DNA of 64,000 nucleotides from Podarcis erhardii (GCA_964252035.1 OZ176209.1), one strand, 5' to 3'. Shown: positions 1 through 13,194, counted from the stretch's first letter. The notes: generated from the letters alone by a model not told the origin. Translations and numbers: made by a program.

Positions 1-2023
1 GCACTCCCAGCATGGCCGATCCTGGTGTCTCTCTTTCTGAGCGTTGGTTCCTCCAATGCCTGGGAAATGAATGCTGGACAATGTTGGGGGCACTGTGTGG
101 GGCTGCCTGCTTCACACCCCTTCAAAAATTCATGCCCAGGACCATGGCCCCTATGGAAGCCCCCACACTGCATCCCTGATTTCACCCTGCCCACTGTTGG
201 ATTCAGCCCCACCAACAGCTGCATGTGGCGCATGGCATATTACCACTAAGAGCAGCTTTGAGGGACAAGGCCAGCCCACAGCCACAGCAGCCACAGCAGA
301 CAGGAATCCCTGCCATAGGAAGATGCCACAGCCCATTTGCTCCAATTGGATATCTTGAATTTAGCCTGCCTGCACAATTGGGTCAAGGGTTGGCAGGCCT
401 GTGTTGGGCTCCCTCCTAATGGGTGGGTCTGACTGCGTCCAACAAGGACTCCCTTCAGGTCTGCTCTCCATGGATAAAAAACAAACACACCTCACACATG
501 GCACCGCAAGAAAGCAATGTTTCCATGACAACATCATGGACAGACCCATCTTTGAATGCCACTGTGTTTAATGTGGTAGGAAGTAGGAAGTAGGAAGAGA
601 TTGAAAACTCGGGCCCTGTTTCCATTGGGGAACCCCCACCCCCCAAAAAAAACCCGCCTCTGCATTTCCCTTGAATAGCCACATTTCCTTTAATTCTGGA
701 TAAAATGACAGAGAGCTACGCTAATGATCCTAAATATGTGACGAAATGGGACTGTTAATGTAGGAGCTTTGAAGGAATGCAGACTGCTGATGTGCTAGTG
801 TGGCTGAGTAGTGGTGAAGTACTGAAGAACCAGCAGAAAAGTTGCTCTCTTACTGGAGTGATGAGGATGGGGCTTTGACATGGTCAACCCCTAAATACCA
901 CCAGTGTGTCAGCAAGGCAGAGCAACAACTGAGCCATAAATTGTAAAGATATACAATCCAGAGCAACACATATGGAGGAGGGGAAATAGTGCATGTCAGT
1001 GCCATGTAGAGTTTATGTTTTCCAGCTCTAACTCTTTACCAGCCAAGTCTTTTTAAAATAGAAGGCCAAGCCAAGAACACCAGGAGACATTCTAATTGTG
1101 CATGTTATTTTGAAACTGGCTGGGGTTGCCTTGTGCTTATTTGTCTTTTGGCGTGAACTTAACAGCAAAATTATGTTTCCAGACATGCACTTAGGCCACA
1201 TCAAATTGTTCTTCATCTTTGGACAGCTTTAGCATTGCAGCCCAAATTAATTAATTAACTTGTGTTCCTTAGTTTAACTCATTCTCATTGTCTTTGTCCC
1301 TTTATTCCCAAGTGCGGGAGCAAATTAACATTTCCATTTTTCTCAACCCACACACCCTTCCTCTACTCTGAGGCTTTTTCTTTTCTTTGCCTGTGCTTTC
1401 TGCCTGGTTGCAATTTGTGATTTTTTTAAATAAAAAAACCCCAGAAAATTCAAAGGAAATGTTAATTATCCCATTTTTCACTTTTCTGTTTAATACATAG
1501 TCATCTCATTACTTGATATGGGACGCATGCCTTTAGGAGCAGAAACAGACAGTTTTCATCTTATTCTTTCAGGTTTTCTTCCTCAACAACAGCAAATAAA
1601 AAGAAAAAAATCCATGTGGGTTTGTGATTCTGATATAAACTTTTCATATGGATTCCTCCATGTAGGGAAAGTGTTAAGTTAGATTTGGCTCTAAGTGTGC
1701 TAAAAAGAAAAACAGGTGATGCATTTAGATAACCTAATGAAAAAAGCAGTAGGGCAAACAGAGCTAGGAAAGAAGATAATATGCATCCATGCTGCCATCT
1801 AGTGATTATAAAAGTACAAATAAGTTTTTTGACACATGCAACATTATGCTGCGCCACACCTATGACATTGCTGTTTCAATACATCCTTGGTATGGCTCCA
1901 GCATTTTATTTATTTATTTATTTATTTATTTAAGCCCTGAACTTTCCAGTTGTATTTGATATTTTTTTTTTTCAGATGTAGCTCTTCCAAACAAATCTTT
2001 TGCTGCATTCCCACCTCCCGATA

Positions 2024-2265
2024 CAGTGGTACCTCGGGTTACATACGCTTCAGGTTACATACGCTTCAGGTTACAGACTCCGCTAACCCAAAAATAGTGC
2101 TTCAGGTTAAGAACTTTGCTTCAGGATGAGAACAGAAATCATGTTCTGGTGGCGTGGCAGCAATGGGAGGCCCCATTAGCTAAAGTGGTGCTTCAGGTTA
2201 AGAACAGTTTCAGGTTAAGATCAGGCCTCCGGAACGAATTAAGTACTTAACCCGAGGTACCACTG
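2024..2265. mobile_element. Tc1/mariner (Tigger/pogo-like) MITE, 242 bp
   Basis: TIRs CAGTGGTACCTCGGGTTA / TAACCCGAGGTACCACTG with TA target duplication at both ends. Confidence 0.92.
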
Positions 2266-3512
2266 TAAATATCTGTAGATTTCTGAAGGCTGCTTTGTGT
2301 AGGTCTTGATAAAGACTTATATATGAACATATAAATGAGGCCTCTGGATAGGTGATAATTCTGGGTCGGTGTTCTTCTTCATGTGTACAAGGTTCTTTTT
2401 TGCAGTGTCCACACAACATTGTTGTCATCAGAATGCCGTTTCCTATTCCCCTCCCCCAATTTTATTCAGATTTACCCTTTTCAGGGGAAATCCAAATACA
2501 GTTTTAAGACTCACCTGTGATATCTCAGTGAAGCATTTGCAATTTTCATCTCTCATCTGGAAGCACCCTGAACAGATTCAGGTCTCTCGCATGGAATTTC
2601 AAACTTGTTATGGGATTCACCCTGCTATGCTGCAGGGTAACGTGACCTATTTCTGGTAGAACCATGTGAGAGAGTTCAATGAAAGCTGAATTTTAAAAGC
2701 AGAAAACAACTAGCATTTTTGTCACCAGCTATAAACATCCTTAAGGCAAAACTTCTGCTTCAGTTGCTTGCCATTTGTACTTGCCATGCCTTGTTTGCAT
2801 TCTTAATGTTTTCTTAACTAACTGCTTTCAAACATTCACTGATCAATTCCCAACACTACAGTCTAGGTTCAGGCCCATACAATTTGACTAAATTTTGTAG
2901 AGATGCGTAAACAATTTCAGATTGGAGTCACATAAATGTTGGTAGTGTTTTGTTATTATTACTCTGAGGCAGAAATGGAATGTCTGTGCCTTGTGTGTTC
3001 TTCCTTTCACAGAGGGAGCAAGAAAAGAATGTGTGTGCAGTTTTGTTACCTCCACTGGTAAGACCTTCGCAGTGGTGGCTTCTATCCTGTGGTATTCCCT
3101 TCCAAAAAATATGCAGCTAGCTTCTGATTTTAAAGAAAGTTTTACAAACCTATCTATTTTCACAGGCTTCTCGTTGCATGTTCTGCTGCTATGGTTTATG
3201 GCATTTTGAAGTGTTTTTGGCCAAGCCTTGTCCAATTCATTCATTCTTTTATGATATTTAGCAATATCATTCAATTCCTATCAGCCCTAACAAGCATGGC
3301 CAATAGTCAGTGGTGATGCAAATGGTACTTCAACAACACTTGGATGGCCAAAAGCTCTGTACACCTAGTAAATTGTGCACATTTCTTGAAAACCACCTTG
3401 TGTAATGTGTATGATGTCAGCCATTTTTAAAAAAACGATGGCATAGTGTTTTAGACACAAGCTATATTTGAGAGAGATCAGTAAGAAATTGGTGTGATAT
3501 CTTTACACTGGA

Positions 3513-3553
<41 letters not shown>
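3513..3553. repeat. (TAT)n microsatellite
   Basis: Direct reading. Confidence 0.95.
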
Positions 3554-3554
<1 letters not shown>

Positions 3555-3772
3555 TTCATATGTCAAGCTTTTCCATGTTTGTAAACATTAGGCTATGAAA
3601 TTCAGTTTATGATTTCTTATATGACATGAAGCAGCTGATAAAGACACGAAGAGATGTAAGAAATTCTGAGGAGCAAAAGTTTTGTAGTGTTTTTAAAATT
3701 TCACCTTACCAATTGTTTCCCACAAGAGCTTTACAGAAAACCTAATTTCCCTATGTTTTTCTCCCTTAGGAG

Positions 3773-3922
3773 ATGCCCTATGCCTTTCTCCATATGAGAT
3801 TCACACTGAATTATCTGGACAAAATGAGATGCTTGAGAAAGCGATCTGCAGTTTCCTTCCTAGGAGTCCTTGTCATCTGCTTGTTGTTCATGAACTTATA
3901 CATTGAAGATAGCTATGTCTTG
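3773..3922 (+). CDS. MGAT4C: MGAT4C first coding exon (cytoplasmic tail and signal anchor), 50 codons
   Basis: Acceptor ctcccttag|G at 3769/3770, ATG at 3773. Translates [50 protein letters not shown], then donor gtaagt at 3923. The [31 protein letters not shown] segment matches recalled vertebrate MGAT4C. Upstream non-coding exons are not identified. Confidence 0.93.
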
Positions 3923-6900
3923 GTAAGTTTGGTGTAGGGAACAAACTACCCTTTAAAACTATTGGATAACAAAAACAAATACAGGTATGTGAGGGAGGGC
4001 ATTGTCCTCTCCCGTGAGTCATAAAATGTGTGATAGCTTGTCCAAAGGGATTGCTGAACTGTCTGTGGGCTGTGAGACAGAGTGAACAATTACTTATTTG
4101 CTGAAGAGATGAGTCTGAAAGCAATGATAGCATTGCCTGTTGGAGCCTTCTCTTCATTTCTGCATGATTTATTGAGCAAATGTGAAGCACTGAAACATCA
4201 GCCATGCTGCACATCTTGAGTTCAGAAAAAGATGGAATCTACCCAAAGCTCTAGCAATGTTGGCCAGGAGAAAGGGGTAGAAGGTTTCAGGATACTGGAT
4301 GCTGAAGCTGCAAACATACAGTTCTGGTTTGTCTTCAGCTGGAGTCATTTAGAATCCTTCAGCCACTTCCTAAGTGTCTGTGTTTTTATTGGGGGGAGAA
4401 CAAACGGCCATGTTGGCTCTGACCAAAGGTCCATCTATTCTCTTTCCAATGGCAACCAGCCAGCTGCTTCTGGAAACCCACAAAAAAGAGAGAATATGAA
4501 ATGGATGGTCTGTGGTTTGTCCTCCACATTTGCCCACCCAAGATGACTTTGAAGGGAGGATTCTCCCAACTTAGAAGAACTGGGCAAAGTAAATAAATTG
4601 TTTTTCCAATTGATTACAAAATTCCTTGCTATTAAAACACCACAGAAAGGATTCACTTTTGTATATGGCTGTTCAGGCTTCAGCCAGCAAGACATTTCCA
4701 AGTAAGAGAACCCAACATTTGGTCCTTTTTATTTTTTGTATTCTACTCAGCTTTTGATATATGGCTTCTTTTTGTGGCACCATCTGCATTAAGATTGTAG
4801 GCGGGATTTTATTTATTAACAACCCCTAACTTGTGATTAGATGTGATGTGGCTTATACCATATTTTCTGTCAGTCTGGCTGATGCCTCCTTTAGTTTGCT
4901 AATTGCTTCAAAATCCCACAGATACATATCTGGGATTTTTTATTTATTGCGGTTTATGCTGTTTCTGTTTTGCTTGTCTTTAGATCTTTTTGTGAACTTC
5001 CCAGATGGCCTGATGTATTGTGCTTTATTTGACTTCTTTATAATAAAATGTGTTTTCCCTCCATTGTATCTTTCAAAACAAATTTGGCACATCTCATAGC
5101 TGAGCCTCTGCTGTGTTTGTCTATTTCTTCCGAGATTTTATGGTTCATTCAGTGTCTGAGATTAGACATAATGAAAAGTAATGCTTTGTACTCACCATAG
5201 TTAAGTTCACACATTATGATCTGAACTTTCAGACAAGCTATGATCTAGAGACACTTTGTGGTTTTTGTTAATATATATATGGTACAACCTATGACTTGCA
5301 AACTAGCTTCAGACCATGGTTGCAGATCCTGCATTGTCAGTGCCAAACAAACCACAGTTTGTGAGTAGACCAAAGCTCAAATGTTAAAACAAACCACAGT
5401 TTAGCTAAACAGACCATGGTTTCATGTTACATCTGTCACTTTTGTTGTTCTTCTTCTTCCTGGAATATCTGATATATTTTATGTGTCCCTCATAATAGGA
5501 AAGTCTAATGAGAAAGCTACATACATTTTTGAGAGCTTCCTTTCTCATAAATTCAAATTCATGAGAAAAAGAATTATACAGATTCCATGGATCAGTTAAA
5601 TCCTTAGCCCTCTGAATACTCATGTCAAGGTGGTGGGAGCAGTGATAAAGATGCTCACTTATCCAAGGGGAAAATGGTAAGATGAGGATGCCAGGGAAGA
5701 TTATATGTGGGATGGTGTCAGGGATTGGCACAGTTGCGTCATTGCCAAGGCACATTGTCCAGGAATGACCCCTCAACCTCGAGTCTTCTGTTGCTCCAAC
5801 TCCTTGGTGTTGCTACCTTTTCACCTACCCTCTCTAAGTAAATAAAAAGTATGAGGTAGAAGAGAAGTATTTTCTGTATGCCTTGCCCTCTCCCTCTGGG
5901 AGGTGGTATGGATTCATTCCCAGGGGGAGAGAAAAGCCAATGGGCACAGGGTTGGCGTGTTCCTGCCTGCGACATAACAACATATAGTGCCCAAGTCATG
6001 GAGCATAGTATTCAAAGCCAGCTAGGTTATTTTGGCACCTGAGGCAGAATATCCCTCTCTGTAGCAACAACAACAATGTTGGCTGCCATTTCATGACAGC
6101 CAAAATCTGCTGGCTAATGCAGTCACTTCTCTCTTCCTAATGGCAGGGCTGGTTCTCAGTGGGCAGAGGCAACACTGCTGCCAAAGTCAATGTAAAATCT
6201 GAAACCAGCAATGTCCACTCCAAAAAAAAGAGGACTTTTGAAGCTTTTTCAATAGTATTATACAACAAATAGAGACATAGAGTTTTTGAGTTTCCATGCC
6301 TTATTCAGAATGCATTCCATGTGTCTAGTAGTCTGCCTTAACCAACACTGCCTAAAATGTGCATTGAGGTTGCCATGGAAAAAAGAAGGAAAATCAACAT
6401 TTCAATGCAGAACCTCCTTTGAGATGCTACAGCAAAGCGGTTTTCACATCTCTTGAGAGAAATGGCTACAATATACATAGATGAAGCATGGCTTTGAGGT
6501 GTCTTGAAGAAGACACTTGCACGGGAGGTAGTTCTGAAATGTACAGCAGTACCTTTCATACAGTCTGGATTTGTTTTATTGGAAACACATTGTGTTCTTG
6601 TTTCAAAGGAGTATTTTGGATCTGTACTTCATGGGCAGAACTCATGTTCCATGGGAAAATAATTCTAATATATAATATCATTATATTCAAATAAAAATGG
6701 GAAAGTTATTAATCTCCCCGGGCATGTTAAACAACATCAATGTTTAACAAGCTGTCTATCTATCTGACTGTCAATGGAATTTAATTCTATTTCCCCCCCC
6801 AAAAAATATAAATAAATTATATTTTCTTAACTTTTGGATGATCTTCTATCTCAGCTTGATAATCAGAGATACAAATTAACCTTCTGACTATGTATTCAGC

Positions 6901-6981
6901 ACAGCCCCTTTATTCCTCCTTGGTTTTAGTCTGACCAGCCAATCTCTAATTAAGCAATGTTTCCTATTTCATCCAAATGAG

Positions 6982-7467
6982 CATAGGCGCCGACTCCATG
7001 GGGCCTGAGGGGGCCCGAGCCCCCTCAAAAATTCGTTTGGGGGGGCTCTGCCCCCCCAATAATTTAAGAAAATTATTAGTTATATTATGCTTTGTAAAAT
7101 CACAAAATTATGTTGGTATTTTTTATTTTCCTTGTTTGACGAGTTAAAACAAAGCCACTCCCGATCTAGAGAGGGGGTGGGGTTGCGGGCTCTCGACCTA
7201 TCAACAATATCGCGGGGCTGGCGTCAGCCCCGCGAGAAGCGGGGATTCCCCCTAGCTCATTAATATTCACCGCCCACGGCGGCAGCCAATCGGCTGCCGC
7301 AAAGGGCGGGTCCTCACAGGTTCACTTAAGGTCGGGGCAGCCCGGGGCTCGCCCCTTTCGTTCCCCCAGCAGCAGCGGTTTGGAGGTCTTGGGCCCCCCC
7401 AATATTTTTTATAAGTCGGTATGGGCCCCCGCCCCCCCCCAATATTTTTTATAAGTCGGCGCCCCTG
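6982..7467. mobile_element. hAT-type MITE in an MGAT4C intron, 486 bp, GC-rich
   Basis: TIRs CATAGGCGCCGACT / AGTCGGCGCCCCTG with a perfect 8-bp TSD caaatgag (6974-6981 and 7468-7475). Confidence 0.92.
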
Positions 7468-8039
7468 CAAATGAGGACAGTATAGTTAACAACTTTTCAA
7501 CAAGCCAGGATATTAAACTCTGCTTTGAGGTTGACTGAACCTTGCTCTGAAGCTGTTAATCATTGCTTCTGAATTTGGAAGAAATGGGAAAATGTAGTTA
7601 ATTAGAAGCCTTCCCAAATGGTTTGCCAAAAAAGAATAAAGTGTCTGAAATAACAAAAAAAATTGATATTTCAGTTTAATAAACCAATATATGATAATCC
7701 AAACACAGACATTGTGTTCCTGATCCACATCCTATACATTAATCCTCCAGTTTAGCAAGTAATATATACACATATTGACAGTGCAGATTCAGAATCACAT
7801 ATCTGAATATATTTCTCTATCCCCTATCAAGTTGGATGTATACTGTTTTTGATGCAAATGATAACGCTTGATTCTACCTGAAACCACCTGCACATGCTTA
7901 TAACCAGGCTAATAGGGACTAATTTACATATATTTGCTGTGTAAGGATGTGTTTTCATCCCTAAACCCCTTCCCATTCCTCACACTAGCTTCTGAATTGT
8001 GAATGTCTTGCTTTTTTCTGTTTCTCTACCAACTGCTAG

Positions 8040-8187
8040 GATGGAGACAAACAGTTAATCAGAGAAACAGCCACACATCAATTAAACTCAGAGCGATATG
8101 TTCACACATTTAAAGATCTGTCCAATTTCTCAGGATCAATAAATGTTTCCTACCGCTATCTGGCTGGCACACCTTTGCTAAGAAAAA
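8040..8187 (+). CDS. MGAT4C: MGAT4C second coding exon (stem region), 148 nt
   Basis: Acceptor ctgctag|G, donor A|gtaagt at 8188. Translates [49 protein letters not shown]. Phase 0 to phase 1 fits both flanking exons. Confidence 0.96.
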
Positions 8188-8471
8188 GTAAGTATCTGAA
8201 CATTTCGATTTCATTAAGTAAAGCAAGATTTTTATCTGACCTAATTGCAGCAAGCAGAGAAAAAACTGCAAGTTGGATGTTGCTGCTTAGTAGAGTTGGG
8301 TGAAAGAAGCTTTAACTCAGTATTCAATTGATAAACTTTACTTTCCTGCAGAATGTGTATGTCATATATGCAGAGTGCATGAACACAAAAAGGAAGAGGC
8401 CTTCATAACCCCCTAAGTTGTGGCACAGTTTTAGGAAGGGCATAGGATTGATACTTAGGTTGCATTAAAAA

Positions 8472-8805
8472 GTAAAGGTAAAGGTAAAGGTACCCCTGCC
8501 CGTACAGGCCAGTCTTGCCAGACTCTAGGGTTGTGCGCCCATCTCACTCTATAGACCGGGAGCCAGCGCTGTCCGCAGACACTTCCAGGTCACGTGGCCA
8601 GCGTGACAAGCTGCATCTGGTGAGCCAGCACAGCACACGGAACACCGTTTACCTTCCCGCTGGTAAGGTGCTTTCGAACTGCTAGGTTGGCAGGCGCTGG
8701 GACCGAACGACAGGAGAACAACCCGCCGCGGGGATTCGAACAACCGACCATGTGATCGGCAAGTCCTAGGCGCTGAGGTTTTACCCACAGCGCCACCCGC
8801 GTCCC
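8472..8805 (-). mobile_element. Sauria SINE (Squam1), near full length
   Basis: Minus strand head GGGACGCGGGTGGCGCTGTGGG, B-box GTTCGAATCC and (ACCTTT)n tail; approximate TSD atacttaggttgcatta / atgcttaggtggcatta. Confidence 0.92.
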
Positions 8806-10039
8806 ATGCTTAGGTGGCATTAGTGATGAGCAAATATGTCAATTTCAGTTTCCCATTTTTCCTTTAGGTCAGTTCTCCACATGTCTAGACCAGTTTGTGA
8901 TTTATTTATTTTTAAACACCTCATGAGAAATTAATTCAACATTTTTTTGATGTGAATTTCTCTTACTATGCACATTTTATATGCATTTTTCCATAATATA
9001 CACATTTTGGCAAAGCAATTTTTCCCTAATGTGATTCGTTTTTGTACATTATTGTCACTAATATATGTATCTATATGCACACTTTACCATTGTATTTGCA
9101 TTTTTGTACACACTACATGGTGTGAGAACTGTATTGCAAAATTCAGAGCAGCACAATTTCAAAGGATAGCTGTGTTCTCGTTCACATGTTGTTTCAGAAA
9201 ATGCCTGTTTTTTGATTCTTTGAATACCCATACAAAATGAACATGGATCAATTTCCATGCTTTGGATGAATGTTTGTTTGAATTCAAGACACCAACATGT
9301 TGTTATCCAAAATCTATTTTTTAAGCATAATCTATCTATGGTTCAGGATATTTCAGGAGCATTGAGTTAAACAGTGAAGACTTCAGCAGAGCTTAATTCT
9401 CTCTCTGACACCAATACAATTTTAAATGCATGAGTATGACTGGGTCAGAGTCCTTGCTTTATTTCCTTTTTAAGTACAAAAGGGGGAGGGGAGACATTAA
9501 TTTGCCATTTATTCCCTAATGGATGGAATTGTAAACAGTTTGTGAGCCATAACTTTAAAATTCCCATTCCCCAAACAGAGTGTATAGCATTAATATTGTA
9601 AATATATTGTTTTCCTGCCAGCATCTTTGTACACATGCCTCCTGGCTTTTTTAGTTCACATCTGACACTACTTCCTGCAGTTAACAACTGATGTTTAATG
9701 CAATAGCCTCTATGTGCTCCCAATACATCTTTCTGGAGAAAAGGTATCAAGATTAGCCAATATATATTATCCTTAAAGCAATCAAAAAAATCTTCACAAT
9801 TATATGCATTCAGGAGACCTTTTACTTTGTAAAAAAATATCTCTCCTACCCACCCACCAGACACACAAAACTAGGTAGTTTCAAAAGCCATTTAAGATGT
9901 GATATTGGGGTGGGATCTGCTATCTAAAAGGGGGAAAGGCAAAAGGCCTGCTGGTCATATATTTCCTATGGCCTTTGTGATTCAGGTAACTTATTTTGAA
10001 TAAAACAGCAACTCTGCTTTTATCTTGTAGAGATAAAAG

Positions 10040-10260
10040 GTGAGACCAGTCATGATGGCTATGCTCTGTCTCCACAGCTGGAGGAAGTAATGATTCTGAA
10101 TAGCAGCTGCTGGAAACCATAAGAGGAGAAGGTGCTGTTGTGCTTGGGGCCTGCTTGTAGGTTTCCCACAGGCAGCTGGTGGGCCACTTTGAAAACAGAA
10201 TGCTGACTAGATGGGCTATCGGCCTGATCCAGTAGGCTCTTTTTTATGTTCCCATGTTCT
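10040..10260 (+). mobile_element. CR1-type 3' UTR fragment (TATGTTC-type tail); similar pieces near 22380-22630, 25315-25607 and 27300-27385
   Basis: gtttcccacaggcagctggtgggccact...gatgggct..ggcctgatccagtaggctc...tatgttcccatgttct. Confidence 0.7.
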
Positions 10261-10305
10261 GACAATATTTGTAGTCTCTATTTTTAATTTTTATTATTTT
10301 TATTA

Positions 10306-10309
<4 letters not shown>

Positions 10310-10357
<48 letters not shown>
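10310..10357. repeat. (ATT)16 microsatellite just upstream of the MGAT4C last-exon acceptor
   Basis: Direct reading; 48 nt. Confidence 0.97.
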
Positions 10358-10373
10358 TGCTTCTCCTTTTCAG

Positions 10374-11530
10374 GGTATCTTACCATTGGACTGTCCTCTG
10401 TCAAAAGGAAAAAGGGGAATTATTTGCTGGAGACAATCAAGTCCATCTTTGAGCAGTCAAGTTATGAAGAGCTGAAAGAAATTGCAGTAGTGGTCCACCT
10501 GGCAGAGTTTGATTCATCCTGGTGTGATGGGATGGTTCAGGATATTTCACAGAAATTTGCCCATCATGTAATTGCTGGGAGATTAATGGTGATCCATACG
10601 CCTGAAGAATACTATCCTGTATTGGATGGCCTTAAGAGAAATTATAATGACCCAGAGGACCGAGTGAAATTTCGTTCCAAGCAAAATGTAGATTATGCTT
10701 TCCTGCTTAACTTTTGTGCTAACCTTTCTGATTATTACGTGATGCTAGAAGATGATGTTCGGTGCGCAAAAAACTTCTTGACTGTTGTTAAGAAAGTCAT
10801 AACCTCACGAGAAGGAACATACTGGGTGACGTTAGAATTTTCAAAGTTGGGTTACATTGGGAAGTTGTACCATTCCCATGATCTCCCTCGCCTGGCTCAT
10901 TTCTTGCTGATGTTCTACCAGGAAATGCCTTGTGACTGGCTGCTGATACATTTCCGTGGGCTGTTGGCTCAAAAGGATGTGATACGTTTCAAACCATCTC
11001 TCTTCCAGCATATGGGATATTATTCATCCTACAAGGGTGCTGAGAATAAATTGAAAGATGATGACTTTGAAGAGGATTCATTTGACCTTCCTGATAACCC
11101 ACCTGCCAACTTGCACACTAACATGAATGTATTTGAAAACTACGAGGCAAGCAAGGCATATAGTAGCGTCGACGAGTACTTCTGGGGCAAAGCTCCCTCG
11201 ACTGGAGATTTCTATATGATCGTCTTTGAAAAACCTATTAAAATTAGCAGAATTAAAGTTGTCACTGGGACAGAAGACCGACAGAATGATATCTTGCATC
11301 ATGGGGCTCTGGAAGTTGGGGAAAAAATTGTTGGTGGCAAAAAAGGGAGGCAATGTACTACTTTCTTGCGGCTAGGGGAGTTTAAAAATGGAAACTTTGA
11401 AATTACAAATGTGGAGCACAAAGTCCTTTTTGATATTAACTGTATGAGAATACTTGTTACCAAAAGCCAAAAGGAATGGTTGATCATTCGGAGCATTAGC
11501 ATATGGACTTCACAGAGCCCAAGTCAATAA
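10374..11530 (+). CDS. MGAT4C: MGAT4C last coding exon (GnT-IV family catalytic domain with LEDD motif, plus C-terminal lectin domain)
   Basis: Acceptor ctccttttcag|GG; split codon A+GG = Arg. Reads [26 protein letters not shown]...[11 protein letters not shown]...[14 protein letters not shown], stop TAA at 11528-11530. Total CDS 150+148+1157 = 1455 nt (484 aa). Confidence 0.97.
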
Positions 11531-12935
11531 GGCAAATGTACCACAGTAGGTTTACCCCTTCCTTATAAGGGAAGCTGGCCCCATCGCTTGAATCCCAAAA
11601 ATGGTGCCACTCCCTAAATGACTCCACCCAACCCGATTTTTACTAAAGACATTGTCAATCTGGGAAATCATAAAACAAACAAAAGCAATCTAGTTTTTAC
11701 TAGTTCAGTCAGGCAATATACAACTACTAGTTTGATGGAATGTTTGAATTTTTTTTTAGGAAGTGCAAACAAGTTCTTGTTCATCTCTCAAGCTCCAAAT
11801 CCACTTCTCTGTTTTCATCTCCCCTCTGGGGGAAAATCTGATGTACTAAACAAAGCAAGTGCTGTTTCATTATTTAAAGGTTTTGTAGGCCTGTGCCAGT
11901 ATATTGTCAAAAGAATTTGACTCCATCGTATCCACATATAAATTAAAAATGTAATGGTGGTTTGTGTTTGTACAGTGGTTGGTGGTTTGTTTTGTTTTGA
12001 AGAAAGTTTTGGTGACAGAACTCCTGTTAATGAAGGTGGTAATCTCTACTGTGAGAACTGTATGAAAACAGTGTTGATACCCTTTGCAACTTATTTAAAA
12101 TGAAAATACATGCTCTGCTATAAATCTGTAATGCTCATTCTGTTCACCTCAAGTTCTGTAAACTATTCTTGATCTCAGTCATCATATATGGTCCTACCAT
12201 GATTCATTACATTGAAATGATGCACCAATTCAATTTTATATGCCTTTAGGTTCATTCCCCAGTATTCAGTTTGAATTACGGGAGCAGCCTTTCTGTTTTT
12301 CATTATCCGTCGTATTATACTTTAGGGTTCTTTTTGGTCTTCATGTTCAGCACAGAGGAGACTTAGATATGTGACAGCTGCAGAAACACAGACAATTCTG
12401 TAACCTACAAGGAAGATGTGGGGAACCTTTGCCCTCCAGATGTTGCTGAACTCCAACTCCTATTAGCCCCAGCATGCAAGGCCAATGCAGATGGAGGGCC
12501 ATCGGTTGCCTATAGGTTTTGATGTGCTTATGGAGCTCCAACCCTAGGAGCTACTAAGTCAAAGTTCTTGGGGGCTGCATTACAAGAAGAGCCAAGGACA
12601 GCTGTAGGAAAGAAGGCCATCCTGGCCTTGGGGCCGGGTCATAGTAAAGTGTGCTACTAAAGTGAACTACTAAAGTGATCTACTGAGTTCTGTGAGCACA
12701 GAGGATCCCTGCAATGCTATGCATTGTAGCCAGAAAGAACAACAAAAGAGACTACTATTGCACAGCTCCATTTCAGTTCAGTGAGTCTTTCCCCTTTGCT
12801 CTTCTTGTCAATGGAAGACCTATCAGTAGGTGGCTTTATAACAAGCAGCTCTTTTTCATACAATATCTTTGTTGTATTACCATGTGAGATATTTCCAATC
12901 ATTTCCCTAGCCATCCAGATCAGCTTTTCCTTGTA

Positions 12936-12936
<1 letters not shown>

Positions 12937-12978
<42 letters not shown>
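12937..12978. repeat. (TA)n microsatellite
   Basis: Direct reading. Confidence 0.97.
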
Positions 12979-12983
<5 letters not shown>

Positions 12984-13194
12984 AAATCTGTCATTCAATG
13001 CTGTTTCCCCAGTGTGAGCTTTTTGTTATTGTTGTGGTTGATTTAATCATTATGAATAAGTCAACTTTGCACACACACAGTAAAGCAGGTGCCCCCAATC
13101 TGGTGTCTTCCAGGTGACTTGGACTAAAATATGCATCGTCCTTCTTATCAGCTTCACGTGGCATGCCAGCTACAGCATCCTCTGGATGGAGGTA

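Noticed and set aside
10211-11530. The 439-aa ORF taken as a complete single-exon gene
   Set aside because: Homology to MGAT4C begins at the acceptor (10374), and two upstream coding exons join in phase. The poly-Ile N-terminus comes from an intronic (ATT)n repeat; it is kept only as a speculative finding.
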